DNA of 64,000 nt, taken from the NCBI RefSeq assembly GCF_018350175.1, contig NC_058383.1, positions 21,268,001 through 21,332,000 on the forward strand, read 5' to 3'. Source of the stretch: Felis catus. Lineage: Eukaryota. The notes beneath the pieces are model-generated. The model had not been told where the DNA came from and did no database searches. It was given only the letters and a program-made list of their open reading frames with translations. Positions 39,340 to 52,020 of this stretch are shown one piece after another. Position 1 is the first letter of the stretch, and each line of letters begins with the position of its first letter. The position numbers and the translations under genes are program-made.

Positions 39340-39547
39340 TAGCGCACACACAGCCAGCTCTTAGGACCCACGGGGGCCATGGCACACAACTTCCCACCAG
39401 ATCCGCCTTTCAAGCGGCATCACATTGGTGGCTCGAACTCAGCCACGGAGACCGTATTTACACCAGGGACATCGGCAAACACTACAAATCAGAGCTTTCA
39501 ATTTTTTTCAGCAAGCTGTCTGCCAAACATCTCCCAGCATGCCACTG
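39340..39547. mobile_element. MER63-like hAT MITE
   Basis: gtatttacacc...atcggcaaacactacaaatcag...aaacatctcccagcatgccactg. Confidence 0.55.
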
Positions 39548-40409
39548 GGTTCATCCCAGGTGATCAGCTCGTCTTAGCCATCCAAATTTATGAGTTGTCT
39601 TTTCTGGTAGGCAGGGTCGTTGCGCTTCGGTAGAACAGGTCTGCTCAAACGGGCCATGAGGAGTCAGAAATGAATGAATGCATGCACGAATTTTCCTGAA
39701 GGGGTTCCTAATAGGAACTCCTAAAAGAGAGGCATTATAAGCAATTTTGGTAATTGCAGCTTTTCAGGTGGCAAACGAGAGAGGCATCCCCCACAGGCTG
39801 CAGTCAAGAACTCAAGCATCATTATTCAATCATCGACATCTCTCTGCAAAGCACGGTAAATAGACATTTCCAGGAGGTTTGGCAACAAGCCAGGTTTTGC
39901 AGCATCCTTCCCCTCTCAGCAAGGAGACTGGGAGAGTTCATGGTGTTCGTCTCCTGACCAAAAGAAACTCGTGAACAAACGTGGATTGGGGTGCTCCAGC
40001 AGCTGTCCTGAAGGCTGGCCTTTGCTCCAGGATCAAACACACAAACAGGAAGCGGGCGCATCTCAGACCCCAGCCGTCTCTCCCCCCAAAACCGTCTCAG
40101 CTGGCTCAATCAAAGAATGCGTTGCTACTTTTCAACATCCTTAACAGGAAGTGTTAGTTTGGTACACACTTCAGCTGAGGTTCAATTACAAGTTAGCTTA
40201 TGAGAGGGAACAACATACTTTCGGACTCATAACCTGCTGTACAAACCATGTCATCAGTCCAAGAGTACTGAAAACATGTAAGCTGAAGAAATTCTGGTAT
40301 ATGCTTTAAAAGGGGGTGGGGGGGGAAGCAACCTGTATTAAATCTTCAACTCATTTTGAATTTTCCAGATCCGTATTTGGAGATATCCACGTATAACCTA
40401 GCTTAAATA

Positions 40410-40623
40410 TTTTTTAAATGTATTTATTTATTTTGAGAGAGACAGAAACAGTGCAGGTGAGGGGGCCGACAGGGAACAGAGAGAGAGAGAGAGAGAGAAT
40501 CCCAAGCAGGTTCTGTGCTGCAGAGCCCCACTCAGGGCTCAAACTCATGAAACCACGAGATCATGACCTGAGCCGAAAACCAAGAGTCAGACGCTTAACC
40601 GACTGAACCACCCAGGCGCCCCA
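40410..40623 (-). mobile_element. Can-SINE
   Basis: Reverse head cacccaggcgcccc. Confidence 0.9.
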
Positions 40624-41008
40624 GCTAATTTTTAGTATGTTCTCTAGAAAGCCTGAGAAAATGCGACTCTGTCCTTTAAGAAGATCTGTTATCAGGGCAG
40701 CAAGATAATAAAACAGCAGCCACTAGAACCTGCCTCCGTTGCAAGTCGTGGCACCTAACAGGTGCTCAAGAATAAATAAAAATAAATAAAATAAATAATA
40801 AATAAATACTTGGTGTTGGGTAGAGGCAGTGGAGTTTTAGGAAGAAAGGCATCGAGATTACGGAAACATGCCTCTCTTCCTTTTTCCAGCTTATGCCGAT
40901 CTGCTGAAAAAGGAAACTTGATTAGTGAGGAATCACTTCTTCTTGGAAAGAAGTCTCAGAGAAGGCAGGATGCTATGGGTACTAATGGTAATTAGAAAAT
41001 TAGGAAGC

Positions 41009-41191
41009 AGGTCTGATCTTGCAGTTCGTGAGTTCGAGCCCCCGCGTCGGGCTCTGTGCTGACAGCTCAGAGCCTGGAGCCTGCTTCAGATTCCGTGTCT
41101 CCCTCTCTCTCTGCCCTCCCCAACTTGCGCTCTGTGTCTCCCTCTCTCTCTCTCTGTCTCAAAAATAAATAAACAGTAAAAAAAAAAAAAA
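41009..41191 (+). mobile_element. 5'-truncated Can-SINE
   Basis: Starts at aggtctgatcttgcagttcg (A-box missing); TSD tagaaaatt(ag/ta)gaagc. Confidence 0.88.
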
Positions 41192-41475
41192 TAGAAAATT
41201 TAGAAGCGAAAGAAATGAAAGGAGGCATCAGAGGCTTTTCGGGAACTAGGATGACAGTCCCCTGTAAAGACTATTGACTTTGTAGACTCTCTGAAGTTCA
41301 AACCACAGGAGCTGATTGCAATCTTGTAGAATTTCAGGTTTAGAAACATATCCTTCTTTTGAGTCCTAGTAGTACAATTAGGGTAAGATTCAATTTCATC
41401 ATGAGCAGCTTACCTGTATAAAGAAAAATGCTAAATCATATAAAGGTGTTCATATTCTTTAAAATTTTGCTTTTA

Positions 41476-41706
41476 GGGGCGCCTGGGTGGCGCAGTCGGT
41501 TAAGCATCCGACTTCAGCCCGGTCACGATCTCGCGGTCCGTGAGTTCGAGCCCCGCGTCGGGCTCTGGGCTGATGGCTCAGAGCCTGGAGCCTGCTTCCG
41601 ATTCTGTGTCTCCCTCTCTCTCTGCCCCTCCCCCGTTCATGCTCTGTTTCTCTCTGTCCCAAAAATAAATAAACGTTGAAAAAAAAATTTTTTTTAAATA
41701 ATAAAA
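41476..41706 (+). mobile_element. Very young Can-SINE
   Basis: CpG-intact; perfect 16-bp TSD taaaattttgctttta at 41460-41475 and 41707-41722. Confidence 0.97.
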
Positions 41707-42609
41707 TAAAATTTTGCTTTTAAAAAAATATTTTAGGTGTTCGTATTCATGATGAGTTCATTGTCATTTATTTTACTTAGAACTTTTTTTTAGCATAACT
41801 GACCCAAGAGCCCCTGACCCTCCCTCTTCTCTGAGAACTACCTTTTCCCTTTTGGACTTCAGTCAAATTGACTTGCCTACTTGGCCCTGGTTCGCAGCAT
41901 AGTTCAGTGGGTCAGTGTGGACACAGGTTCAGCTTGGGACAGATCTCTTCTCTCTTTGGAGCTGAGGATGTTAGGGATAGATGCTAGGGAATATGGGAAG
42001 CTGTTTGGATGCTAGACCTGTAACTTGGGAGTTCAGGGTCCGCTGGGATTGTAAAAGCAGACAGAGCCAGTCTCTTGAAAAAGTACGAAGCATACATACC
42101 GACCAGCAAATAGAGGTGGGAATATGTGACCTGGGAACAAGACAAGAGACAGCTCTGTGGCATCTCAACGACTCGACAGATCCTGCTTGCAGCCTGCCCA
42201 GGTTCTAACTGTTCGTTTTTTCTTATGTCAAACATCCCAGTGTCCCTTCTAGGACATTTTTTTTCTTAACGTAAGCCAGTTGATAGTGGGTTTGTATCAC
42301 TGGCCACTGGAGAAGCTAATCAAAGTACTTGTCTGACAGCGTTAGCCCCTGGGGCAGCCTCGCTCATCGGTCCAGCAGGAGCTTCCTCTATCTGATGCCA
42401 CTGGGCAGGCAGGAAACGATTTGGTCCCAGGGTCAGACAACTCCAGGACCCGGCTTAGCTCTGCCTCAATCCCGTATGTGAGTAGGAGCACATCACAGAA
42501 CGTCACCGTGCCTCAGTTATCCCAAGGCCACCTCTCTACGTTTTTGTGACGTTCTGCGTGAACCCCCAGTAGATACTCATTTCTTTCCATTAAAATGATA
42601 GTTTAGAAG

Positions 42610-42839
42610 AGGCACCTGGGTGGCTCAGTCGGTTGAGCGTCTGGCTCTTGACTTCCGCTCGGGTCACGATCCCAGAGTTGTAGGATCAAACCCTGCACTG
42701 GGCTCTGTGCTGACGGCTCGGAGCCTGGAGCCTGCTTCAGATTCTCTGTCTCCCTCTCTCTCTGCCCCTCCCCCACTCACATTCTGTCTCTCTCTCCTTC
42801 AAAAATAAATAAACATTTAAAAAAATAAAAAAAAAAAAA
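42610..42839 (+). mobile_element. Can-SINE
   Basis: Full length with A tail. Confidence 0.93.
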
Positions 42840-43869
42840 GATGGGGCAGGCTGGCTGCTAGGGCTGGGTCTGCTGGCCATCTTGCTGTGAGACAGGAGAA
42901 CTGGAGAAAACACATGAAGAGCCATGAGCTGGGGACTGGAGGATCTTTATCAGACTCATCAAATGTAATCCGTACAAATAATCACATTCCCATTCTACAG
43001 ATGAGGGAGCTGAGTCCAGGGTATCTTAGCTACTTCCCCAAGTCCCACAGGTGACAACTGGGCGGGGGGGGGGGGGGGGCGGCTGGAGCCATCCCCAGGT
43101 CTACCTGACACAAAGCCCTGCTCTTAAAGTCTCCACCTAGTTCTCCCACTGCCTCTGGTGAGAACACTTCTTTCTACCTTGACTTGTGCAGACGCTGTCT
43201 CAGAGAAGCAACAAGGTGCCACCCAGAATAAGCTGGATATACTGCCTGTCCTGGACTTTTGTAGCAGTTCGGTTGTCCAGACCCGCTTTCTGTAGTTTTT
43301 ATGTGGCTCAGCGATCTTCCAGAAAGCAAGCCCACGGGGAAATGAATTACTTCCCCTTTTCCGGGTATGAAGTCCCACTGGACCCTGACTGCCTGGTTCA
43401 AGTCCCATCTCCATCCCTTGCCGGGTATAGGACCTGAGATAAGTCACTTCACCTCTCCGTGATCAGTCTCCTCCTTGTGAAATGGGTTTCGAAACAGCAT
43501 CAATAGCAGAAGAGCACTAAACGACACGATCCGTGGGACGCACTTAGCGTAACACTCGGCAGATAGCGAGCTCGGGAAATGTTAGTTATTAAGAGGAGCG
43601 TCTGCTTCTCTGCCTCCCCCTGGCATCCGTGGCACTCTTCACTTTCCACCAGATTTGCACCTTTACTCATTCACTTCCTCAATCCGTAAACACGTATAAT
43701 GACGGGGCTATGAGGACCGAGAGATGCACCTACGTCGACCTTCAGGGTAAGGAAGGTCCCGATGAAGAGGTGACTCAGAGAAACGAAGACGTGAGGAGGG
43801 CTGTTGCCAGCAGGGAGAACAATGTCAATCACAGTCAGGATGGAGGAGGAGTTGTGACACATTCTAGGG

Positions 43870-44600
43870 AACAAATCATTCATTTTTAAGACATAAGTTC
43901 AGAGCACATTGCTCTTAGGATCAGGGCATTCCAGTGGTTTTCCATCTCACTCAGGATAACAAAGTAGCTACAATGAAGGGTCTACGAGACCCAATGTGAT
44001 CCGCCTGAACCCACTCCCTCTCACTCTCCCGTTGTGTTCCAGCCATGCTAGCCTTCTTACCGATCCTTGAAATCACCCCAGGGCCCTTGCACTTATAGCA
44101 TCTTCCACTAGACATCCACATGGCTTGCTCCCTCACCTTCTTCAAGTCAAGGTTCAAGCATCGCCTCCTCACTGAGCTATTCCTTGAGGGCCCTCTTTAA
44201 AAGTATGCCGCCCTCACCTGTCACTTTCTACTCCTTTCTTGCTTTCTCTCCATCGTACTTACTGCCTCTGACGCACACCATCCCCAATTAAAATGAAGCC
44301 CCATGCCGGGCGCCTGGGTGGCTGACTCGGTGAAGCTCAGGTCATGATTTCACAGACTATGGGTTCGAGCCCTGCATCGGGCTCTGTGCTGACAGCTCGG
44401 ATTCTGGGTCTCCCTCTCTCTCTGCCCCTCCCCGTACCCCGCCCACGCCTGCTCTCTTTCTCTCAAAAATAAATAAAATATTTTTTAAAAAATGAGCTCC
44501 ATGAGGTCAGGGATTTTGCTTCTGTTCACCGCTGTATTCCCAGTGCCAAGAAAGGACAGTCCCTGGCACTGGACAAATGTTTATGGAAAGAATGAATGTG
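43870..44600 (+). mobile_element. L2 3' end hosting an internally deleted Can-SINE (44308-44490)
   Basis: L2 ctccatgaggtcagggattttg...ctgtattcccagtgcc...aaatgtttatggaaagaatgaatg; SINE flanks aaaatga(a)gc(c/t)ccatg. Confidence 0.75.
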
Positions 44601-45164
44601 GCCACTCCCCAAATGGCTAAAGCAAAAGGGAAGTTGTCAAGAACCAGATCACAGGGAGTCCTGTGTGCTAAGACAAGGCCAGTGAACCTAAGCCTAAATC
44701 CTGTGAGGGGCCACGGAGGATGTCAGCAGGCCACAATCTGACCAGACTCCTATTGAAGAACACTCTCCCGGGCCAAAGCGTGCAACTGAGACTAAGGGAG
44801 CCCAGAAAAAGCAGCAAGACCATTTCCGAGGCGAAAGCCCCCAGTGAGAACTTACGAAGGCCTGATGACGAAGGTGCCCGGAGGGGTGGAGAAAAAGGAC
44901 CGGAGTAATGAGCGTCTGAGGTGAGAACGTGTAGGACGCAGCGACTGGTTGACGATAGCAAGTAACTAAGAGGGGATGTGTGACTTAAATGACTCCTTGG
45001 GTTCTGTCCTCAGCAACTGGGCCAGTAGCTATCCCACCACGTTAGGGAATATGAGTGACCGTTTGGGGAGGAAGGAGTGAGTTCGATTCTGTATATATTG
45101 AATTTTGCAAGCCAGTGAAGATGATCTGGGTTGGACCAAAGAGTCTCTTCATATAAATGCTAGT

Positions 45165-45641
45165 TGCAGGGGACCCCGCTGAAATGGTAGGTCCCAGAAT
45201 TTTAGTAGAAGCCTTGCCGCGGTATCCGGCAGTCGGGGGTGAGAGACGGTAGGAATACAGGTGGGAAACGGATTTTACTCTCTCTCCGGGTAGAATGTTG
45301 AATGAACTATCCCCATATAACCCCATCAGTGGTGACTGATCCTATGGGATAATCAGGGATAGCACTATTGTTCACCTACGCTACGGGGTGAATTTGGTCT
45401 TGTGGGCTGGCCTGGGAGCCTGAGCACCTTCTGTTGTTTCCCTGCTAAAATGTACACCCGTTCACAAGCTGAGGACTGCGATATTATAAGATGGGAAACC
45501 TCCGTATCTTTCCAGTTGTACGTCGTGAATTCTTCCACCTAAAAGACAACTGCTTTGGGAAAATGTGAGTGAAGTACGTTTCTGACTCTCAAATAGGTTG
45601 CTGACGCTGAGGAGCATGGGTGACCTATCATAGTTCCAACG
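45165..45641 (+). mobile_element. Old ERVL-class solo LTR (LTR52/LTR53/MER73-like group) inserted in an L2
   Basis: Starts tgcagggga and ends tgacctatcatagttccaac(g); internal ccttctgttgtttccctgctaaaatgtaca matches a recalled consensus; L2 reads through on both sides. Confidence 0.55.
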
Positions 45642-45800
45642 CTGAGATAGAAAGAATCCTTGAGGGGAAGAGTATAGAGAAAAGAGGAGAAATCCCAAAA
45701 CATCATGACAGAACTTTGGGGAAACAAATATCTGAAAATGCACCATAAAACTTGGCAAACATGTTCCTCAGAGTACGGGAGTTTCAATAAAATAACCAGT

Positions 45801-45854
45801 TGTACTAGTCAGGATTCTTTGCGTTGCAATTAACAGAAACTCAAACTGACTTAC

Positions 45855-45896
<42 letters not shown>

Positions 45897-46410
45897 CAAT
45901 AATAAAAGTAATTAATCAATTTTTAAAAAATTAAGGAGGGACTACTGTTGGCTTAAATGGCTGTAAAGTCAAGGGGTGGCAAATACAGCTTCAGGCACGA
46001 CTGGATCCAGGGGCTCAAATGACAGCTGCCCAGTTCACTTTCATTTCTTCCCATCTCTGCCTGACTCTGCTTTCCTGTATGTGGGCTGCTTTATCAAGCA
46101 AGTTGACCCTTCATCAAAGCAAGACGGCTGACGTCAGTTTTGGGTTTAGGTTTTATCCTCCCAACAACCTTAACGGAAAGAGGATACTCTTCCGACAGGA
46201 GGAGTGATCACAAGTGATTGGATGAGCTTGGGTCACGTGCCATCCCTAAGTGAACACGACAGCCAGAGGGACTGGAACCCGGATTAAGCACACCTGGGTC
46301 ACAGGCTACCTGGAACACAGGCTTAGTGCCGGGAAAGGAGTGTTTCCCCAGGGAGATTAACGCATTCTGTCACCAGAAGGAAGAATAGATGCTGGCAGCA
46401 ATGATGGCAG
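45801..46410. mobile_element. MLT1J/K-like LTR with (AAAT)n at about 45857-45897
   Basis: tgtactagtcaggattcttt...gttgcaattaacagaaac; cttcaggcacgactggatccaggggctcaaatga; gattggatgagcttgggtcacgtg. Confidence 0.7.
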
Positions 46411-47237
46411 AAGTCTCAGGGGAACCTGGCCGGGGAAAACCTTCCTCAGGGGCTTCTTTTTCCTCAGAAGGCTCCTTTCAGGGCTGACGCAGGTATGTGT
46501 GCGGCCCCAGTGAGCCGGGGGAGTCAAAAAAGACTGTGCATAAAGCACAGAGAGGATGAATGCTGACTGAGGACGTAACTCACCCCGGTGAATGCATCGG
46601 CTGTGACCTCTCTGTTCCACTCCCCCCGCTTCTGCTACAGCACCCAACAAGCTGATTTCAATACCCAGCCCTCCCCACCGTCCAGGGTCATCTCATCTCC
46701 GCTACTATTTGGCAGGATGATGGAGAAGGAGAGAAAAGGCAACTAAGTTCAACAGTTCATGAGATTGAGGTGAGGTGGAAACAAAGAGCACTTCCGAAGC
46801 TGGTGGGTGTGCTTCTACAGAGTCTCCCCCTCCCTTGCCCCGCACTGTAGTTTCATAATGGGCGTGGCCTCGGAGTATGACCCTTAGGTCACACCTCTGA
46901 GAGAAGAGAAATTATTATGCCACGCAGGGAGGCTGAATGAGAGGACTTGCCAGACGCCCTCTTCTAGGTATCAGGGAAAGCGGGGATCGGTCGGGGGAAA
47001 GAAGGCCTGGGGTGGACCCCACTCGGACACCAGACAAGGAACCGGCATCGGCAGTTGGTTTAATAAAACAGGAGCTGGAGAAGCAGTGCCCGTTCAAGCT
47101 GCACAGGCCACGGGACGGGTCGAAGATGAACGAGGGAGGTAAAATCCTAACTAATGACTAGGACACCAAGAGAAGGTGAAGTGGAAGCCTAAATCCATGA
47201 AGCAACATGGGCTCCAGGGACCACCATCCGGTTGTTT

Positions 47238-47293
47238 TATTTTTTTTATTTTTTTATTTCTAATATAGGAAATGTATGTCAAATTGGTTTCCA
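47238..47293 (-). mobile_element. 56-bp L1 3'-terminal micro-insertion
   Basis: Poly-T plus tgtcaaattggtttcca (as in the L1 end at about 12697-12714); perfect 16-bp TSD caccatccggttgttt. Confidence 0.9.
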
Positions 47294-49249
47294 CACCATC
47301 CGGTTGTTTGAACAGTCATACGGAAGTTAGGTGGGGAAAGTGTGAGAGCCATTGTCTAGAGGTAATTCGAGTTCGTACACAACAGGAATTAACGAGCAGA
47401 GAACGCCCAGCGAAAGCCAGATAGGTACGGAGTTGGTCCGAATGGATTCCTTTAGATAATGCATGGGCCTCTGGGGTAGGTCCAAGGTCATGATGCTTGG
47501 ACACTGCTCTATAAATCTCAGGGAAGTAGCCTTTCTAAGTTCAACATCTGATATCAACCAGTAATATGTTCAAAAACCCTAAGTCCTACTCTTCTGGGGC
47601 CACCTTTACAGCCTGGTGTTGAAATAGTGTTTTTCAATGAATTCTTTATTAAACTTGTTTCTTGACTTACGACCTGTCAACAAAGTGGGTTGTTGCTCCT
47701 AAAATATGGATCCAGCTCTTCTAAGACCCACACCTTGGCTGGGCACTCCTTTAGGAGAGGTTTCTCTTTTGATGGATATTTTTCTGCTGAAATAGATCAT
47801 CAGGTCTTTCAGCCTGTGTTCTTGTCATGTCTGAAGCATTTCTGCCTTACTTAAGCCTTTCATTATCATCAGCTGCCCTTAGCTAGCTACTCCCTGCAAG
47901 GGCTCTGCCTCAATCACATATGCATTAGCACAATTGCCCTTTTTGCTGTGGATCAAGTTATCTTTGGGGTGCCCTATGTAAATGAGAACACTTCAAAATG
48001 CTGATTTATAATGAGCCAAAAGTTGACTGACAGAGTAATAATACTACTACTATGAGTGGACTGTTGAGAAGGCCACATGGATGGACCAAGAAGGAACATG
48101 GCCGGGAAAGAGAAGTGAGATGACCAGAAGAATGGACGGAAAAGGAAAGGAACAAAGAGAGACGCAGGCAGGTAACGACGGCCAGTGGGGACTGGGGGGT
48201 GATATTAGGCTGGAGGTGAAAGGGAAAAAGACTCATTTTTTTGTGACTGTCATGACAGTAACAGAAACTAATATAAGACATGGAAGTCACTAGGGGAGAA
48301 AAAAAGTGAATCTGATAGAGTAACTGATAGGATTGAGCACTTGAAAAACTGATGTGTATGAGAAAGGCAAGTAGTACAAATGAAAGAAAAAAAAAGAAGG
48401 GCAATAGGAAAATTTTTCAGGAAAAGAAATATAATCACAACACACCTTTTGGCTCTTCGGTGAACTAGCGATCGAATTATAAACAGCGATATCGTTATAT
48501 TAAAAGGATGGGCGACAGGGAGTATAAGAGAGCTAAACCCTCAACCATTATTTCAGGATGTAAACAGATAATATCTAAAGTTGATACATCAAGGAACAGG
48601 TAAAGGAGCTCCTTATTTAGAAAATAGCTCAAAAAGGTAAAAAGGGTTGCCTCCAGAGAAGAGGAAGGAGGTTGTTGCTTCTCATTACAAGCCCTTCAGT
48701 GCTGTTTAGTTATTTTTAGTTAGCATGAGACTTAGTGTCAGAAAAAGCTTTATTGAGCACCTGCCCTGCGCCAAGCATTTGACACACGTTCAAACCTCAT
48801 TCAAACCTCACAACAAGAACAAACACTTCCCTGGCTCTTCCTGGGTGCAGGGTATTAAGCACTTTACACTTATCAACTTAGTCCGTCTTTGCAACAACTT
48901 TATGACGTGGTTAATCTTATTTTCCTCCCTTCACAGAGGAGGAAACAGATGCACAGAGAGTAAGAAACTTGCCTGAGATCACACAGCTGGGAGCGGTGGT
49001 GGTGCTGGGATCCGAGCCCAGGGAACCTAGCTCCCAACCTCTGCATCCTGTGTGCCCTCTAACAAAGCCAAGGCACAAGTATCTCAACTTTGGGGATGAG
49101 GGAATATGGGGAAGGCAAAAGCTACTCTTCTAAGATCACACAGGTGGTATCTTGTGAGGCCTGGTTTGACTGCGAGATTAACATTAACACCTATGCTTGG
49201 TCTCTCCATGGAACATTGCAGGTTTGTGTTTAAACAAATGAGCTAGTCA

Positions 49250-50190
49250 AGAACAAGGCTATTGTTCACCACTGCTGTTCAACATAGTGCTGGAAGTTCC
49301 AGCCAGTGCAATAAGGTAAGAAAATAAAATTAGGAATATACTAATCAAAAAAGAAACAGGGGCACCTGGCGATTCAGTCAGTTAAGGGACCGACTCTTGG
49401 TTTCAGCTCAAGTCATGATCTCGTGGTTTCGTGAGTTTGAGCCCCACATCGGGCTCTGTGCTGGCAGCATGGAGCTTGCTTGGGATTCTCTCTCTCCCCC
49501 TCTCTCTCTCTCTGTCCCTCCCCCCACTCTGTCTCTGTCTCTCTCAAATAAATAACACTATTAAAAACAAAGAAATAAAATGGTCTATATTTGCAGATGA
49601 CATGATGTTCTACACAGAAAATCCCAAGGAATCCACAAAAAAACAACTAGAACTAATAAATGAATTCAGCCAGTTAACAGAATACAAGACAAATATACAA
49701 AATTCAATTGTATTTCTATGTACTATCAATGAGCACATGGAAGCCAAAATTTAAAATATAACACCATTTATAATTGCTCAAAAAATGATATAGGTATAAA
49801 TCTAAATATAAAAAAATGCTCAGAAATTACATAAAGCTGAAAACTTACAAAATCAAAGATCTAAGGGGTGCCTGGGTGGCTCAGCTGCTTAAGCGTCCAA
49901 CTCTTGATTTTGGCTCAGGTCACGATCTCACAGATGGGAGCCCAGGGAACCTAGGCTCCCATGCTCAAGCGGGGCCTGCTTGGGATTCTCTCTCTCCTCT
50001 TTCTCTGCCCCTCCCACCGCTGGTACTCTCTTTCTCTCTCTCTCCAAATAAATAAGCAAACATTAAAAAAAAGAAAGAAAGAAAATCAAAGATCTAAATA
50101 CACAGAGAGACATGCCATGTACATGAATTCGAAGACTTGAGATAGTAAAGATGTCAGTTCTCCCCAAAGTGATAAAGTTTGACATAATTC
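49250..50190 (+). mobile_element. Old L1 ORF2 (RT region) fragment with two Can-SINEs (about 49359-49560 and 49865-50080)
   Basis: Translates IKWSIFADDMMFYTENPKESTKKQLELINEFSQ (L1 RT FADD motif); two SINE heads. Confidence 0.85.
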
Positions 50191-51110
50191 CTGTCTGGTC
50201 TTTTGTGTTGTCTGCTTTGCTAAATCTGGCAACACAGCCATGGTCCCTGCCCTCATGGACTTTATAATCTAGTTGAAGGAGAATACAAAAAGTCTTCAAG
50301 CAACAAAATAATAAATAAAGGAACGACAGTTCTATAATAAAGAATATAGGAGACTGATTCTAGGCCAGGATAGTCAGAGAGTGGCTCTCAGGCAAGGTTG
50401 ACATGCTGAGATGTGAGAAGTATGGAGTCTAAAAAGACTGAAGTAAGGATGATCAAAGGAAAAGACGTGGCAGGGTCTCAGACGTAGGGGCTGAGCTTGG
50501 AGTGTTCCAAGAATTACCAGAAGGGCAAAGCAGCTGGAGCAAAGTGAGCAAGACAGAAGAATGACCAAAGGAAGAAGTCTGGAGAGGTAAGTAGAAGCCA
50601 AACCCCACAGGACCCCGAAGAGACACAATAAAGTATTTCACACTCGGGAAACAACTGAAGGGGGATAAAATGATCTGGTTCACATTTTTGAAAGCTCATT
50701 CTGTAGAGAATGCTCTGGAGAGGAGTAAAAACAAAGGCAAAAAAAGAAACACAAACAGACAAAAAACTGGGTTGGAGACCACTGTGGTAAATATCCCGGG
50801 AAGAGAACGTGGTGGTGACTTTGGCTAGGGTGGTGGCAATAAAGGGAAAGGTATGGATGGATTTTAGAAGTTGAATTGGCAGGACTGACTGATGGATTGG
50901 GGAAAAAACAAAATGGACAGAGCAAGTGGGTCAATCAGTGGCTTGACCAGTTGGAAGAACAATGATGCCTGCTGTTTGCCAAGATGGTGAGATCCCAGGA
51001 GAAATGGGTAAGCAGAGGGGAGGAGGTGGGAAATCAAGCTTTCAGTGTTGGACATACTAAGTCCGAAATTGCTGATGGACAACTAAGTGAAAATGGGTAT
51101 CTTCAGTATA
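50190..51110 (-). mobile_element. L2 element
   Basis: gtccctgccctcatgga, ttttgaaagctcattctg, ggtggtgactttggctagggt, ttcagtgttggacat. Confidence 0.75.
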
Positions 51111-51427
51111 TAGATCAGTGGCTCTTGACCCTGGCTACTCAATAATTTGGATGAAGGGCTTTTTAAATGTGCTGTTGCCCACACCCTACCACCAAATCTA
51201 TATGCATAACACTTTACACCCATCAGATTAGTTTCATATGCAAAAGTCAGAAAATCACAAGCACTGAAAAGATGTGGGGGACACAGCCCTCAGACATCAC
51301 TGGTGGGAGTTGAAATCTGATTCCAGGAATCCAGAGAGCAAGGCAATGGCATCCAGAAATCTTTAAAAAATGTTCATGTCTCATAACCCAGGAATTTCCA
51401 GGTACAGTTCAAAGAGAAACTTTGAAT

Positions 51428-51825
51428 GAGATCTTGCCATTTGCAACTATGTGGAATGGCACTGAAGGGTATTATGCTAAGTGAAATTAGCTAGTCAGAG
51501 AAAGACAAATATCATATGACTTCACTCACAGGAGGAATTTAAGATACAAAACAGATGAACAATAAGGGAAGGGAAGCAAAAATAATATTAAAACAAGGAG
51601 GGGGACAAAACACAAGAGACTCTTAAATACAGAGAACAAACTGAGGGTTGCTGGAGGGGGTGTGGGAGGGGGGATGGGCTAAATGGGGAAGGGGCATCAG
51701 GGAGGACACTTGTTGGGATGAGCCCTGGGTGTTATACATAGGGGATGAGTCACTGGAATCTACTCCTGAAATCATTAGAGCACTATATGCTAACTAACTT
51801 GAATGTAAATTTACAAATAAATAAG
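51428..51825 (+). mobile_element. 5'-truncated carnivore L1 3' end
   Basis: atcttgccatttgcaac...gagaacaaactgagggttg...cactatatgctaactaacttgaat; tail expanded into (GAAA)n/(GGAA)n. Confidence 0.9.
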
Positions 51826-51833
51826 AAAAAAAG

Positions 51834-51900
<67 letters not shown>

Positions 51901-52020
51901 AAAGAAAGAAAGAGAAGGAAGGAAGGAAGGAAGGAAGGAAGGAAGGAAGGAAGGAAGGAAGGAGGAAGGAAAGAAGGAAGGAAAGAAAGAAGGAAAGAAA
52001 GAAAGAAGAAAGGAAAGGGA
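51826..52020. repeat. (GAAA)n/(GGAA)n compound purine microsatellite
   Basis: Direct reading. Confidence 0.97.

Noticed and set aside
38759..39351. Cluster of overlapping 86-187 aa ORFs
   Set aside because: GC-rich and low-complexity sequence partly within a MIR; no protein family recognised
41476..41560. SINE heads as tRNA genes
   Set aside because: They are tRNA-derived A/B boxes without a full cloverleaf, followed by a SINE body and tail
45217..45228. gccgcggtatcc resembling mitochondrial 16S rRNA (NUMT)
   Set aside because: Only a ~12-nt match; the flanks do not continue as rRNA
45165..45641. Apparent ~470-nt multi-hairpin novel ncRNA inserted in an L2
   Set aside because: Its termini, length and internal motifs fit an old ERVL solo LTR; stems of 7-10 bp allowing GU pairs are expected by chance in this length; CTGAGGA...GAAA does not form a valid hammerhead
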